A stretch of 64,000 nt of DNA, from contig CAWENF010000004.1 in NCBI GenBank assembly GCA_963810275.1, positions 32,001 through 96,000 of the forward strand, read 5' to 3'. The notes below the pieces were generated by a model. That model did not search any database. It saw only the letters and a program-made list of their open reading frames with translations, and was not told where the DNA came from. Origin of the DNA: an uncultured archaeon. GTDB taxonomy: Archaea; Thermoproteota; Bathyarchaeia; Bathyarchaeales; Bathycorpusculaceae. Positions 10,031 to 18,279 of the stretch are shown piece by piece. The translations under genes and the position numbers were made by a program. The stretch's first letter is position 1; each line of letters opens with the position of its first letter.

Positions 10031-10507
10031 ATGAAAACTGCGACAGTAATTTGGATTATTTTTGCAAGTATTTTTATAGGTATTTTCATAGTAGCAGGGC
10101 TCATATATTTTGAAGTGCCTTCCAAATTCGTGAATCCATTAAATGATGGGAATATAGTAATTAATTATCAGACAGAAAAAGTATCTCAGTATGAAGGCAG
10201 CTACATTATAGAACCAAAAGTTGGTTATACATTTTTGAAAGTGGACCTTTTTGTAGAGAACAATGGATACAACGAATTTTATTCAGGTTGTTTGAGTGAT
10301 TTGTCCTTAAATGCAGATAATGTAGAATATCATTGTTGTTCTCGGGTATCACACAATAATTACAATTTTCTTCCAACTACATTATCAAAGGGTGGTTCTT
10401 GGAATGGAACCATTGTGTATGAAATTCCAGCATATACATTAGAGTATTATTTGTATGTTAACGATCATTTGACTGATTATAAAATTGTGTTTAACTGTTT
10501 AGATTAG
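10031..10507 (+). CDS. membrane-anchored DUF4352-like (Ig-fold) protein
   Basis: N-terminal TM helix; PKVGYTFLKVDLFVENNG and LSKGGSWNGTIVYEIP patterns; AT-rich. Confidence 0.55.
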   Translation: MKTATVIWIIFASIFIGIFIVAGLIYFEVPSKFVNPLNDGNIVINYQTEKVSQYEGSYIIEPKVGYTFLKVDLFVENNGYNEFYSGCLSDLSLNADNVEYHCCSRVSHNNYNFLPTTLSKGGSWNGTIVYEIPAYTLEYYLYVNDHLTDYKIVFNCLD

Positions 10508-10540
10508 AGTGTATTTTGTCTGCTACGAATCCTTTCAGAC

Positions 10541-10640
10541 GACGGTCAAACGTCTTGATCGCCGTAGCGATGGCCCCTTAAGGGTACCACGCACTCCTCC
10601 TCGACACAACGACAACTGGTCACCGAACAATTTGACCATC
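10541..10640 (-). ncRNA. candidate structured RNA or miniature inverted-repeat element
   Basis: 10-bp terminal stem plus nested stems; the mismatches become G-U pairs on the minus strand; GC-rich inside an AT-rich region. Confidence 0.3.
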
Positions 10641-10691
10641 TATAAAAATATTAAAATAAATTCATTAAAAAAAGGAAAAAGCATCGTGCCT

Positions 10692-11081
10692 CTATACATG
10701 TAAAGTTACTTCTATGTTAGCACTTAAGGGAACATCGAAAGAGTTGCCATATAAGTAAAAGTCGGCATACGATGTAGCTACAATAATTGTAAATTCCATC
10801 GTAGAGTTCCAACTACCAGACGTAGTATCTTCATTTAGTGAAATTACAGCAGTTCCATTATCTTTTGTATTGACCCAACTAGTTTTAGCGGTAGCATCTT
10901 TCGGATTTGTTCCCTCGTAGAGCATAACATCAGCATCTCTGACAGGGTTACCTGTTGAATCCACAACTTTGACAAATACTTGGGCTTCTCTTGGTGTCAT
11001 AGCAGCAAGAACAGGTGCAACAATCGCAATCACTACTGAAATCGCCAGAAGTGCAGTAAGAGCTATTCCTATTTCTTTCAT
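10692..11081 (-). CDS. secreted hypothetical protein with carboxypeptidase-regulatory-like beta-sandwich
   Basis: Signal peptide; VKVVDSTGNPVRDADVML...TKDNGTA; GGTGA RBS upstream. Confidence 0.55.
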   Translation of the reverse strand: MKEIGIALTALLAISVVIAIVAPVLAAMTPREAQVFVKVVDSTGNPVRDADVMLYEGTNPKDATAKTSWVNTKDNGTAVISLNEDTTSGSWNSTMEFTIIVATSYADFYLYGNSFDVPLSANIEVTLHV

Positions 11082-11463
11082 CTATTCACCCTCTAAGACG
11101 ATATTTCTCTAGTAATTGCCTATGCATTAAAGTGATATTCCAGAAATGGTAGTATATCTATTAGCTAATCTGAAATATCCTAAATCTATGCGGCAAATTC
11201 TCCTCGAGTTCGATATGCACTTAATCGCAATTTAGAAATCAACTGGTTCAGTTGAATGATTTAGGATTAGGCTGATCAGTAAAGAATTTTCTTTAAGGCA
11301 ATCGCCCAATAAATTAACTTTTTCAGGCACAGTAGAAACCCCTAATTCGCAATAAAAAAGAAAGGGATAAAAATTGCGAGAGATTTCGCCATTTTTCTCC
11401 GTTTTAGTTAAATAAGAGACTAATCCACTACTATTTTCTAACAATAGAGGCAAATAATTAATC

Positions 11464-13383
11464 ATGCTTATCCAGGAACTTATTGTCGAGAACTTTATGA
11501 GTTATGAGTACGCTCGCGTGCCATTTAAATCGGGCGTCAACATAATTGGGGGACCGAATGGTGCAGGCAAATCTAGTCTGCTACTTGCCATATCGGTGGG
11601 TTTGGGGCAGACCAGCACCGAGCGCAGCCGCAAACTTAGCGACCTAATCCGATGGGGCCAAGACCAAGCCCGCGTCACACTCATTTTAGATAATCAAAAA
11701 CAGGGTGCAAGAAGACCTGAACAAAAATACAACAAAGACCATCTCTTCCTAACACGGTTTTTGCGCAGAGACGGCAAATACTGGTTTGAACTCGAAAACA
11801 AAGTCGCCAGCAAACAGGACGTGGAACGCTTGTTGGGCAAGTTCGGTGTGGACCCAAACAATATGCTAATCATAATGCACCAGAATATGGTGGAACAGTT
11901 TAGTGTGCAAAGTAACGTCACCAAACTTCACATGGTAGAAGAAGCCGTGGGTTTGGAGCCTTTCCGCGAGAACGTTGTGCAAGCAAAAACAAAACTAACT
12001 CGCATCCTCACTCAGGAGGAATCTGTTGGGAAACTGCTTGAGCAGGCAGAGCAGACACTCAACTACTGGCGCGAGCAGTACGAGAAGTTTCAGGAGAAAA
12101 AGCAGCTTCAACTCAAACGACGTTTTCTTGACCGCGAATTATTATGGGCTGAGGTGGAACGACGAGAAACCATCGTAAAGGCGTTGCAGACTAACCATAA
12201 CAAGACGCAGGTTGCATTGGCTAAAATCGAGGACGAACGACAATCCCTAATTGGTGAGTTGGACGGGCACCAGACCCAGCAGAAGACGCTTCGCAGCCAA
12301 ATGCGGGGCTTGTTTGATGAGCGGCTGGATTTGGAGAGAAGAATCGCTCAGAACCAGTCGCAGTTTTCGCTCGTGGAGCAGTTGATATCCGAAGCCGAGA
12401 TGCTTGAAAAAGTCGTTGACACCAGCCTGTTTAAGCTGCTACGGGTTGATAGCCTGCGCGAAATGCTTGAGGTATCTCAAAAGCAAATAAAGACAACAAC
12501 AGAACAGATTCAGGATAACCAGTCCAAACTCCAAAAGCTGGAAACAAACACCGATAAAATTGCCGCTTACTCACTGGATAAACGGGTAACCATTGCCCTT
12601 TTAAATTTCCGCCGCGACCGAGCAGTAAAAGACCGTGAAAACACCGAAAAACAGCTAAAAGAGGTGCAGGACAACCTTGCCGCTGCAGTTGCAAAAGCAC
12701 AGGAATCGGGCGAACGCATAGCAGTGCTAAAATCCACCTCTGAAATCCAGGAGGAAATGGGCTTAACCGATGGCCACCTTCAAGCGTTGCAGGGTGTATC
12801 GGAGGAGATTGAGCGCCAATATGAGTCATACTCCAAACTGTATTTGGAGCTTAAGGAGAAGGCGCAGTTGGTGGCTGAGAACCGCGAGAAGACTCTTGAG
12901 GAAGTGAAGACTCGGTTTGTGGCTTGGCGCAGTGTTATGGAAAACCTCATTGACCGTGTGAATGTGGAATACCAGCGCATAATGAGCCAAACCCTTGCCA
13001 CAGGCGAGGTGTTACTGTCGAACCCTCAGGACATCGAAACTGCCGGGCTAGAAATCTATGTTGGCTTCAAAGGTAGCAAACCAGTCGCGTTGGACGCCTA
13101 CACGCAGAGTGGCGGTGAACGTACAACCGCTACCATGGGCTTTCTACTTGCTTTACAGCAGCATGTGCGTAGTCCCTTCCGAGCAGTGGACGAATATGAC
13201 ATCCACATGGACCCCAAAAACCGGGAAATGATAGCCAAAGTCCTTGTAGCAATTATTAAAGACGCTGCCTCGCAGTACGTCGTCATCACGCCCAGCCAAA
13301 TAACATTTGCCCAACGCGACGCAAACGTCATAACAGTGCAGAACTTGGAGGGCAAATCCGCAGTGCGCGAGGTGGTCAACTAA
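11464..13383 (+). CDS. short SMC-family ATPase, Smc5/6-like
   Basis: Walker A GPNGAGKS, Q-loop IMHQN, long coiled coil, signature QSGGERT, Walker B/D-loop PFRAVDEYDIHMDPKN, SQYVVITP. Confidence 0.88.
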   Translation: MLIQELIVENFMSYEYARVPFKSGVNIIGGPNGAGKSSLLLAISVGLGQTSTERSRKLSDLIRWGQDQARVTLILDNQKQGARRPEQKYNKDHLFLTRFLRRDGKYWFELENKVASKQDVERLLGKFGVDPNNMLIIMHQNMVEQFSVQSNVTKLHMVEEAVGLEPFRENVVQAKTKLTRILTQEESVGKLLEQAEQTLNYWREQYEKFQEKKQLQLKRRFLDRELLWAEVERRETIVKALQTNHNKTQVALAKIEDERQSLIGELDGHQTQQKTLRSQMRGLFDERLDLERRIAQNQSQFSLVEQLISEAEMLEKVVDTSLFKLLRVDSLREMLEVSQKQIKTTTEQIQDNQSKLQKLETNTDKIAAYSLDKRVTIALLNFRRDRAVKDRENTEKQLKEVQDNLAAAVAKAQESGERIAVLKSTSEIQEEMGLTDGHLQALQGVSEEIERQYESYSKLYLELKEKAQLVAENREKTLEEVKTRFVAWRSVMENLIDRVNVEYQRIMSQTLATGEVLLSNPQDIETAGLEIYVGFKGSKPVALDAYTQSGGERTTATMGFLLALQQHVRSPFRAVDEYDIHMDPKNREMIAKVLVAIIKDAASQYVVITPSQITFAQRDANVITVQNLEGKSAVREVVN

Positions 13384-14208
13384 TGACGTCAAAAGAATCG
13401 CATGAGAAGCGTGTGGGCAAAGAGCGCCTGCAAGTTATCATCGACATGTGCACTGCGATTGAAACCCGTCAAGTTGATCCCTTCACGCTAAACGTTGACG
13501 ACATCATCGGTGTGGTGCAACAATATTTTCCTCACTGGAACCATCTTGAGGAGCTTAAACTCGACGCCGAAGCACTCCACCACCTTGCGTCTGTAGTGAA
13601 GATACAGAGCGAATGGGTTAAGCACCGCTCTACCTCACTCTACACCGACCCTTTTCTGCTGGAAGAGAAAGATTCGCCAGACCAGCAAGCAAGGAATGCT
13701 TGACGTGTTCGCCTCCGCTTGGACACCTCTGGTGGAGTCTGAGCAGCTCACCCTAAACGCTTTGTCGCAGGGTCTGTTGTACTGGGAGGCACTGCCGCCT
13801 TTGGGCAACCGCTGGAAAGACATCAACGTCTCCGCAGTGGATGCGGGGCAAGTTAGCCGCGATGAGTTGGTTAAGCAGCGGGTGTTGGGCGAACGCGAAT
13901 TCGGCGAGGAACTTGACTGCTACTGGCGCCAACTTAAAGACAAAGCGGCTGAGCACGGCGGAAAAATAGCGTATTGGGATTTTATCGGTGCTGCCACGTA
14001 TGAGGAGACGGTTCAACGTGCTTTTCTCACAGCTTTCCTAGTAACATATGGGTATGCCACGCTGGAAGTTGACAGACTCGAAGAAACTATCACAATCATT
14101 CCACTGGAAACCCCCAGAACCGAAGCCCTATCTGTGCAGTCAACCTCCGTCCCAATTGCGGTCTCGGTGGAGGACTATCAGAACTGGAGAGAAGGAAAAC
14201 AATCATGA
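13383..14208 (+). CDS. kleisin (ScpA/Nse4-like); split by one extra base near 13668-13671
   Basis: N-terminal VDPFTLNVDDII...AEALHHLASVVKIQS and C-terminal winged helix YEETVQRAFLTAFLVTYGYATL match the ScpA layout; removing one A joins EEK-IRQTSKQGMLDVF. Confidence 0.7.
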
Positions 14209-14816
14209 GTACCCGCAAAAAAGGAGTATATGCAGGCAAAATCAAAAAAGCCACTCAGATGCTGTTCTATAAGCGCCACGCTAAACCTGGCGTGAAGGGC
14301 TGGGAACTCCACAAGGCGCTGGGCAGCGATTACCCTAAGGTGCTTGACGTCTTGGATGATTACCTAAAACCGATGGATTTGCAGGTTAAAACCGTTTTTG
14401 AGGAGGAAAAAACCCCCGAGAAGCCATCGATGGAAGAGCTAGATACAGCCCGTTTCTTTATCGCCCTACGCGACGTGGCTACAAAGGACAAGTTGATGGG
14501 CTGGCGAGTTGATGACCTCGCAGGCTTAGCAGTCACAATAAGCTACATAGTCGCTAAAAAGGGTCAGGCGCCAAGAAAAGACGTCGAGAAGCTGTTGAGT
14601 GAGAAAATCGCTAACTGGAAAGTCGGCTTAAACCTTGACCGCTACATCCGAAACGGCTACCTATCTCAAGACGACAAAGGGCAACTGTATTTGGATTGGC
14701 GCACGCGGGCTGAGGTGGACCAGAAGAAACTGATTGACATGCTGCTTTCGGCCGAAAAACAGGGTTCTGCTAACGAGGCGGATGCCGGCTCCTCTGGTTT
14801 GGGCGCTGAAGACTAA
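14205..14816 (+). CDS. tandem winged-helix KITE subunit (ScpB/Nse1/Nse3-like)
   Basis: ATGA overlap with the kleisin; two WH-like units; C-terminal LDRYIRNGYL...LYLDWRTRAEV resembles the Nse1/MAGE WH-B end. Confidence 0.62.
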   Translation: MSTRKKGVYAGKIKKATQMLFYKRHAKPGVKGWELHKALGSDYPKVLDVLDDYLKPMDLQVKTVFEEEKTPEKPSMEELDTARFFIALRDVATKDKLMGWRVDDLAGLAVTISYIVAKKGQAPRKDVEKLLSEKIANWKVGLNLDRYIRNGYLSQDDKGQLYLDWRTRAEVDQKKLIDMLLSAEKQGSANEADAGSSGLGAED

Positions 14817-14842
14817 GCGCTTTTTTTGTTTCTTTTCTTCTC
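14817..14842 (+). terminator. oligo-T terminator after the SMC operon
   Basis: TTTTTTTTGTTTCTTTTCTTCT immediately after the stop codon. Confidence 0.5.
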
Positions 14843-14908
14843 AAAAAATATAACATGATAAATTTTAAATATATTTATGAACAGCTTAGGCTTAAGCAGG
14901 CTCACTAA

Positions 14909-15490
14909 ATGGCTAAAACTTGGACAAAAAACGACCTAATCTTAGGAGTAATCCTCCCCATAATCGTAGTCTTCGTAATCGTGCTAATCTCAAAAATCCC
15001 CTCCCTAATCGGCGGCGAACCCGGCTTAGCCATCGGGTTAACCATGGAACTCCTCGAGTTAGTCGTCATAGTTGGCGTTCCCCTATCTTTGGGGCTTTTG
15101 TGGAACCAGTGGGCAGGTGGAGCAAGCGGTTTCCTCATGGGCACTTTCTATGCACTCTACTGGCAAAACAGCTTTCACGGCATACCAGGTTCAGGCACCG
15201 TTCTGTTAGCCTACATCTTAAGCCCCATGCTAATTGGCTACATGGCAGGCTCCCTAAACCACCGCTCCGACAACTTCAAACGCGTTTTAATCTCCAGTGT
15301 AGTTGCTTCAACCATCGGCGGATTTGTGCTCTTTGGAATTTTTCAGATGTCAACAGCAAATGTTGTTACTGGCTGGGATGGGCTGGCCTTGACTGTCTTG
15401 GCTAGAATTATCGCTGCATTGCTAACAGCTGTGGTGGTCAAAATTTTCTTCTGGTATGGGATGGGTGCTCAAAAACATCCAGTTTCTTGA
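14909..15490 (+). CDS. polytopic membrane protein, ECF S-component-like
   Basis: About 6 hydrophobic helices; Gly-rich WAGGASGFLMG and LIGYMAG. Confidence 0.5.
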   Translation: MAKTWTKNDLILGVILPIIVVFVIVLISKIPSLIGGEPGLAIGLTMELLELVVIVGVPLSLGLLWNQWAGGASGFLMGTFYALYWQNSFHGIPGSGTVLLAYILSPMLIGYMAGSLNHRSDNFKRVLISSVVASTIGGFVLFGIFQMSTANVVTGWDGLALTVLARIIAALLTAVVVKIFFWYGMGAQKHPVS

Positions 15491-15510
15491 CTTCGAGGAA
15501 AGTGGTTTGT

Positions 15511-15672
15511 TTGGAAAAAATATTTTGTGACAAAAAAACATGCATTAATTATAAGAATGGTTACTGTTATTTGAAAAATCCTGAAAAAGTCGGTACAGAC
15601 TGCCTTGAATACAAGGATGCCTTAGATTTTCTTAGGCTAAAAGCGGATGCAGTACGAGGTACTCTTGGCTAA
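15511..15672 (+). CDS. small Cys-rich hypothetical protein (DUF1540-like spacing)
   Basis: KIFCDKKTCINYKNGYC...DCLEY; TTG start at 15511 after GAGG/GTGG (ORF track starts at 15487). Confidence 0.4.
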   Translation: MEKIFCDKKTCINYKNGYCYLKNPEKVGTDCLEYKDALDFLRLKADAVRGTLG

Positions 15673-15685
15673 ATGTCTTTTGCAT

Positions 15686-16171
15686 TTATTTTTGGTTTAT
15701 TGTTGTGGGTTCAGCAAAATACTTTGTTATCCACGTTTTGATTTCTTCCCTTGCTTTTCGGAAAGCTGCGAGCTTTTCTTCTTCGGAGCCCTCCACCTCT
15801 GAAGGATCAACAAAGCCGTGAACGATGTAATTTTTGGTTTTATGCAGCCTCGAAGTGATAATGGCGGGTTTTCCTACGGTCATGGGCGAGTTGCACAGGG
15901 CACAAAGTGTTTTAGCGCTGCTTTTACACACGGAGACGGCGAGATCAATTTCGGTCTCTCCGAATTCATCGATGCTTTTGGAGTACTGTTTCGAAATGTC
16001 CATGCCTATTTCTGCCATAACTGTCACGGCGAGGGGGTTGATTTGCGTGGGGCTGGTCCCAGCGCTGTACACGTTGTATTTGTCGCCAAAAACGTGGCGC
16101 AGAAGACCTTCTGCCATTTGAGAACGGGCAGAGTTGTGAGTGCAGATGAAGAGGATTTTGGTTTTACTCAA
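15686..16171 (-). CDS. arsC: arsenate reductase, LMW-PTP (thioredoxin-type) family
   Basis: P-loop ILFICTHNSARSQMAEG, SAGT, FVDPS...FRKAREEI. Confidence 0.88.
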   Translation of the reverse strand: MSKTKILFICTHNSARSQMAEGLLRHVFGDKYNVYSAGTSPTQINPLAVTVMAEIGMDISKQYSKSIDEFGETEIDLAVSVCKSSAKTLCALCNSPMTVGKPAIITSRLHKTKNYIVHGFVDPSEVEGSEEEKLAAFRKAREEIKTWITKYFAEPTTINQK

Positions 16172-16180
16172 CGCTCATGC

Positions 16181-16462
16181 CTATGCTTTAGGCTTTAATT
16201 TGTCGATTAATGCTTTCGTTTCTTGTTCATCGGGGTGCGTGATGGCGCCAGCGGGGCAGATGGTTTCACACCCGTGGCAGAATACTACGCAGCGGTTGGG
16301 GTTTACTACAGTGCGTTTTTTTCCGTTTTGTTCTTCGGTTCGGAAGGCTTTGGTGTGGCAGAACTCTACGCATTTGCCGCAGGCGGTGCATTTAGCGGCG
16401 TCGATTTGGGGGTCCCATGGGATTTGGTTGCGGGGGATTCCTTGGTAGTGTGTTTCTGTCAT
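16181..16462 (-). CDS. 2x[4Fe-4S] ferredoxin-like protein
   Basis: CTACGKCVEFC and CVVFCHGCETICP; ATG at 16462. Confidence 0.85.
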   Translation of the reverse strand: MTETHYQGIPRNQIPWDPQIDAAKCTACGKCVEFCHTKAFRTEEQNGKKRTVVNPNRCVVFCHGCETICPAGAITHPDEQETKALIDKLKPKA

Positions 16463-16482
16463 GTGTTTTTCACACACCTACA

Positions 16483-16518
16483 ATATTCATAACAACTTTT
16501 AAATATTGTTATAAATAT
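16483..16518. promoter_or_regulatory. 36-bp imperfect palindrome centred on TTTAAA; probable ArsR operator over a divergent promoter
   Basis: ATATTCATAACAA-N10-TTGTTATAAATAT (12 of 13 bases complementary) between arsR and the ferredoxin-arsC genes. Confidence 0.7.
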
Positions 16519-16529
16519 ATGTGAAAACC

Positions 16530-16856
16530 ATGCCGTTAACAACCCAAAACCTAAGCCGCTTCAAAGCCAACATCCACCACGCCTTGGCCGACCCTATACG
16601 TCTCGAAATTCTCGCTTACCTTCGAGACGGCGAAAAATGTGTCTGTGAAATAGTGCCACATCTGGGTCTCGTTCAGCCTCTCGTTTCGAGGCACCTAAAA
16701 ATTCTCAAAGATGCTGGAGTGGTTAGCTGCCGAAAAGATGGAACAAAACGAATGTATGCCATAGTAGACCAACGAATATTCAATGCCATCGATGCATTAA
16801 CTCCGGAGCTAATGAGTGGACTGACAAAAGCAAAATTAGAAAATGTAATTCGCTAA
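16530..16856 (+). CDS. arsR: ArsR/SmtB metalloregulator
   Basis: HALADPIRLEIL, EKCVCEI metal box, SRHLKILKDAG. Confidence 0.9.
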   Translation: MPLTTQNLSRFKANIHHALADPIRLEILAYLRDGEKCVCEIVPHLGLVQPLVSRHLKILKDAGVVSCRKDGTKRMYAIVDQRIFNAIDALTPELMSGLTKAKLENVIR

Positions 16857-16913
16857 AATGCAGCTGTCTGAGTATTTACATAACATTAACCGTTAGAAAA
16901 GGATGTAAAAAAA

Positions 16914-18197
16914 ATGAAAAAACAAATAATAAGTATCTTATGTTTGGCTATTATTGTATCTCCAATTTTCATGCAGATTGATGCCGTATCAAGTTACTCA
17001 GTCGATGATTGGCCTATGTTTCGAGGCAACCTCAATCACACTGGGGCTTCGTCTACGGCGCCTGCAACAACAAGCGATGTGCTTTGGCAATTAGATATGG
17101 GTATACCATTAGGTTCATCTGTTGCAATCGTTGATAGCAAAATTTATGTCGGAACAAACGCTGGCTCTGTCTATTGTATAGATGCAGCTGATGGCACTCA
17201 AGAATGGAAGATTAGCCTTAGTCAGTCATATCAAGCAGCTATAAGCTCCTCAATCGCGGTTGATAATAGTAAACTTTACTTTGGCTGCTATAATGGTGCA
17301 GTTTACTGTCTTGATGCAGAAACAGGTGAACAAATATGGTACTATGGAACCGATGACAGCATTCAGTCTTCGCCCGCAGTAGCAACCGGTCGAGTTTATA
17401 TTGGTTCTTGGGATGGAAAGGTATACTGTTTTGATGCAGATAACGGCTCTAAGTTATGGAATTACACTACAGGCGCCCTAGTAGACTCATCCCCCGCCGT
17501 TGTTGACGGTAAAGTGTATGTTGGCTCAGCTGATAGTAACGTGTATTGCTTAAGTGCAGATACAGGGGAAAAAATCTGGAGTTACGCAACAGGAAGCGTT
17601 ATACAATCTTCTCCCGCAGTTGTCGACGGCAAAGTCTACATCGGTTCTCATGACAATAATGTCTATTGCTTAAACGCTATAACTGGAGAAAAAATTTGGA
17701 GTTATCAAGAAAATGGATTGGTAGATTCTTCACCTGCTGTAGTTAATGGATATGTCTACGTCGGCTCGGGCGTGTTAGAAGATAACACTGATAAAAACGT
17801 CTACTGTTTAAACGCAGATACTGGCGAGAAAGTCTGGGAATACGAAACATATGACGGCGTTTATTCATCTCCAACTGTTGTTGGTAGTTATCTCTACGTC
17901 GGTGGCTGGGACAGTAACCTTTACTGCTTAAACGCTACAACTGGACAAAGTATATGGATATTTACAACTGGTCATAGCATAAGTGCTTCGCCATCAGTAT
18001 CAAATGGTGTTGTATACATTACTTCCTGGGACCATTATATCTATGCATTAGGAACACAAGTAAAATCAAATGCCTCTACTGAAATACCGTTTTGGGCAAT
18101 AGGTCTTGGGATAGTGGTTGTTGCAGCTGTGGCTGCGGCTTTAGCCTTTAATTTTGTAATTCGCAAGAAGCCGAAAACTGAGGAACCAAAAAGGTAA
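16914..18197 (+). CDS. PQQ-like (BamB-type) beta-propeller surface protein
   Basis: Signal peptide, WPMFRGN, about 8 repeats of SSPAVVDGKVYVGS..VYCL.A.TGEKIW, C-terminal TM plus basic tail. Confidence 0.88.
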   Translation: MKKQIISILCLAIIVSPIFMQIDAVSSYSVDDWPMFRGNLNHTGASSTAPATTSDVLWQLDMGIPLGSSVAIVDSKIYVGTNAGSVYCIDAADGTQEWKISLSQSYQAAISSSIAVDNSKLYFGCYNGAVYCLDAETGEQIWYYGTDDSIQSSPAVATGRVYIGSWDGKVYCFDADNGSKLWNYTTGALVDSSPAVVDGKVYVGSADSNVYCLSADTGEKIWSYATGSVIQSSPAVVDGKVYIGSHDNNVYCLNAITGEKIWSYQENGLVDSSPAVVNGYVYVGSGVLEDNTDKNVYCLNADTGEKVWEYETYDGVYSSPTVVGSYLYVGGWDSNLYCLNATTGQSIWIFTTGHSISASPSVSNGVVYITSWDHYIYALGTQVKSNASTEIPFWAIGLGIVVVAAVAAALAFNFVIRKKPKTEEPKR

Positions 18198-18279
18198 CTT
18201 CGCTATATTCATCTTTTTTATTTTTGTTAGGCTATTCGAAAGGTAAAGAAAATCCAAAGATAAAAAGGCAGCTTAAAGC

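Noticed and set aside
13660-13680. Programmed frameshift in the kleisin gene (also considered for nrdD near 42244)
   Set aside because: No slippery heptamer or stimulatory structure is visible; it fits the window-wide pattern of single-base indels
11464-14816. Wadjet (JetABCD) or Rad50/Mre11 call
   Set aside because: There is no JetD Toprim nuclease or Mre11 neighbour and no CxxC hook; gene order and size differ from Wadjet
16181-16462. Ferredoxin as HgcB
   Set aside because: It lacks the C(M/I)ECGAC motif and C-terminal Cys pair, and no hgcA is in the window
17280-18050. Roughly 120-bp periodic DNA repeats
   Set aside because: These are coding repeats of the PQQ-like propeller blades, not a CRISPR array or satellite
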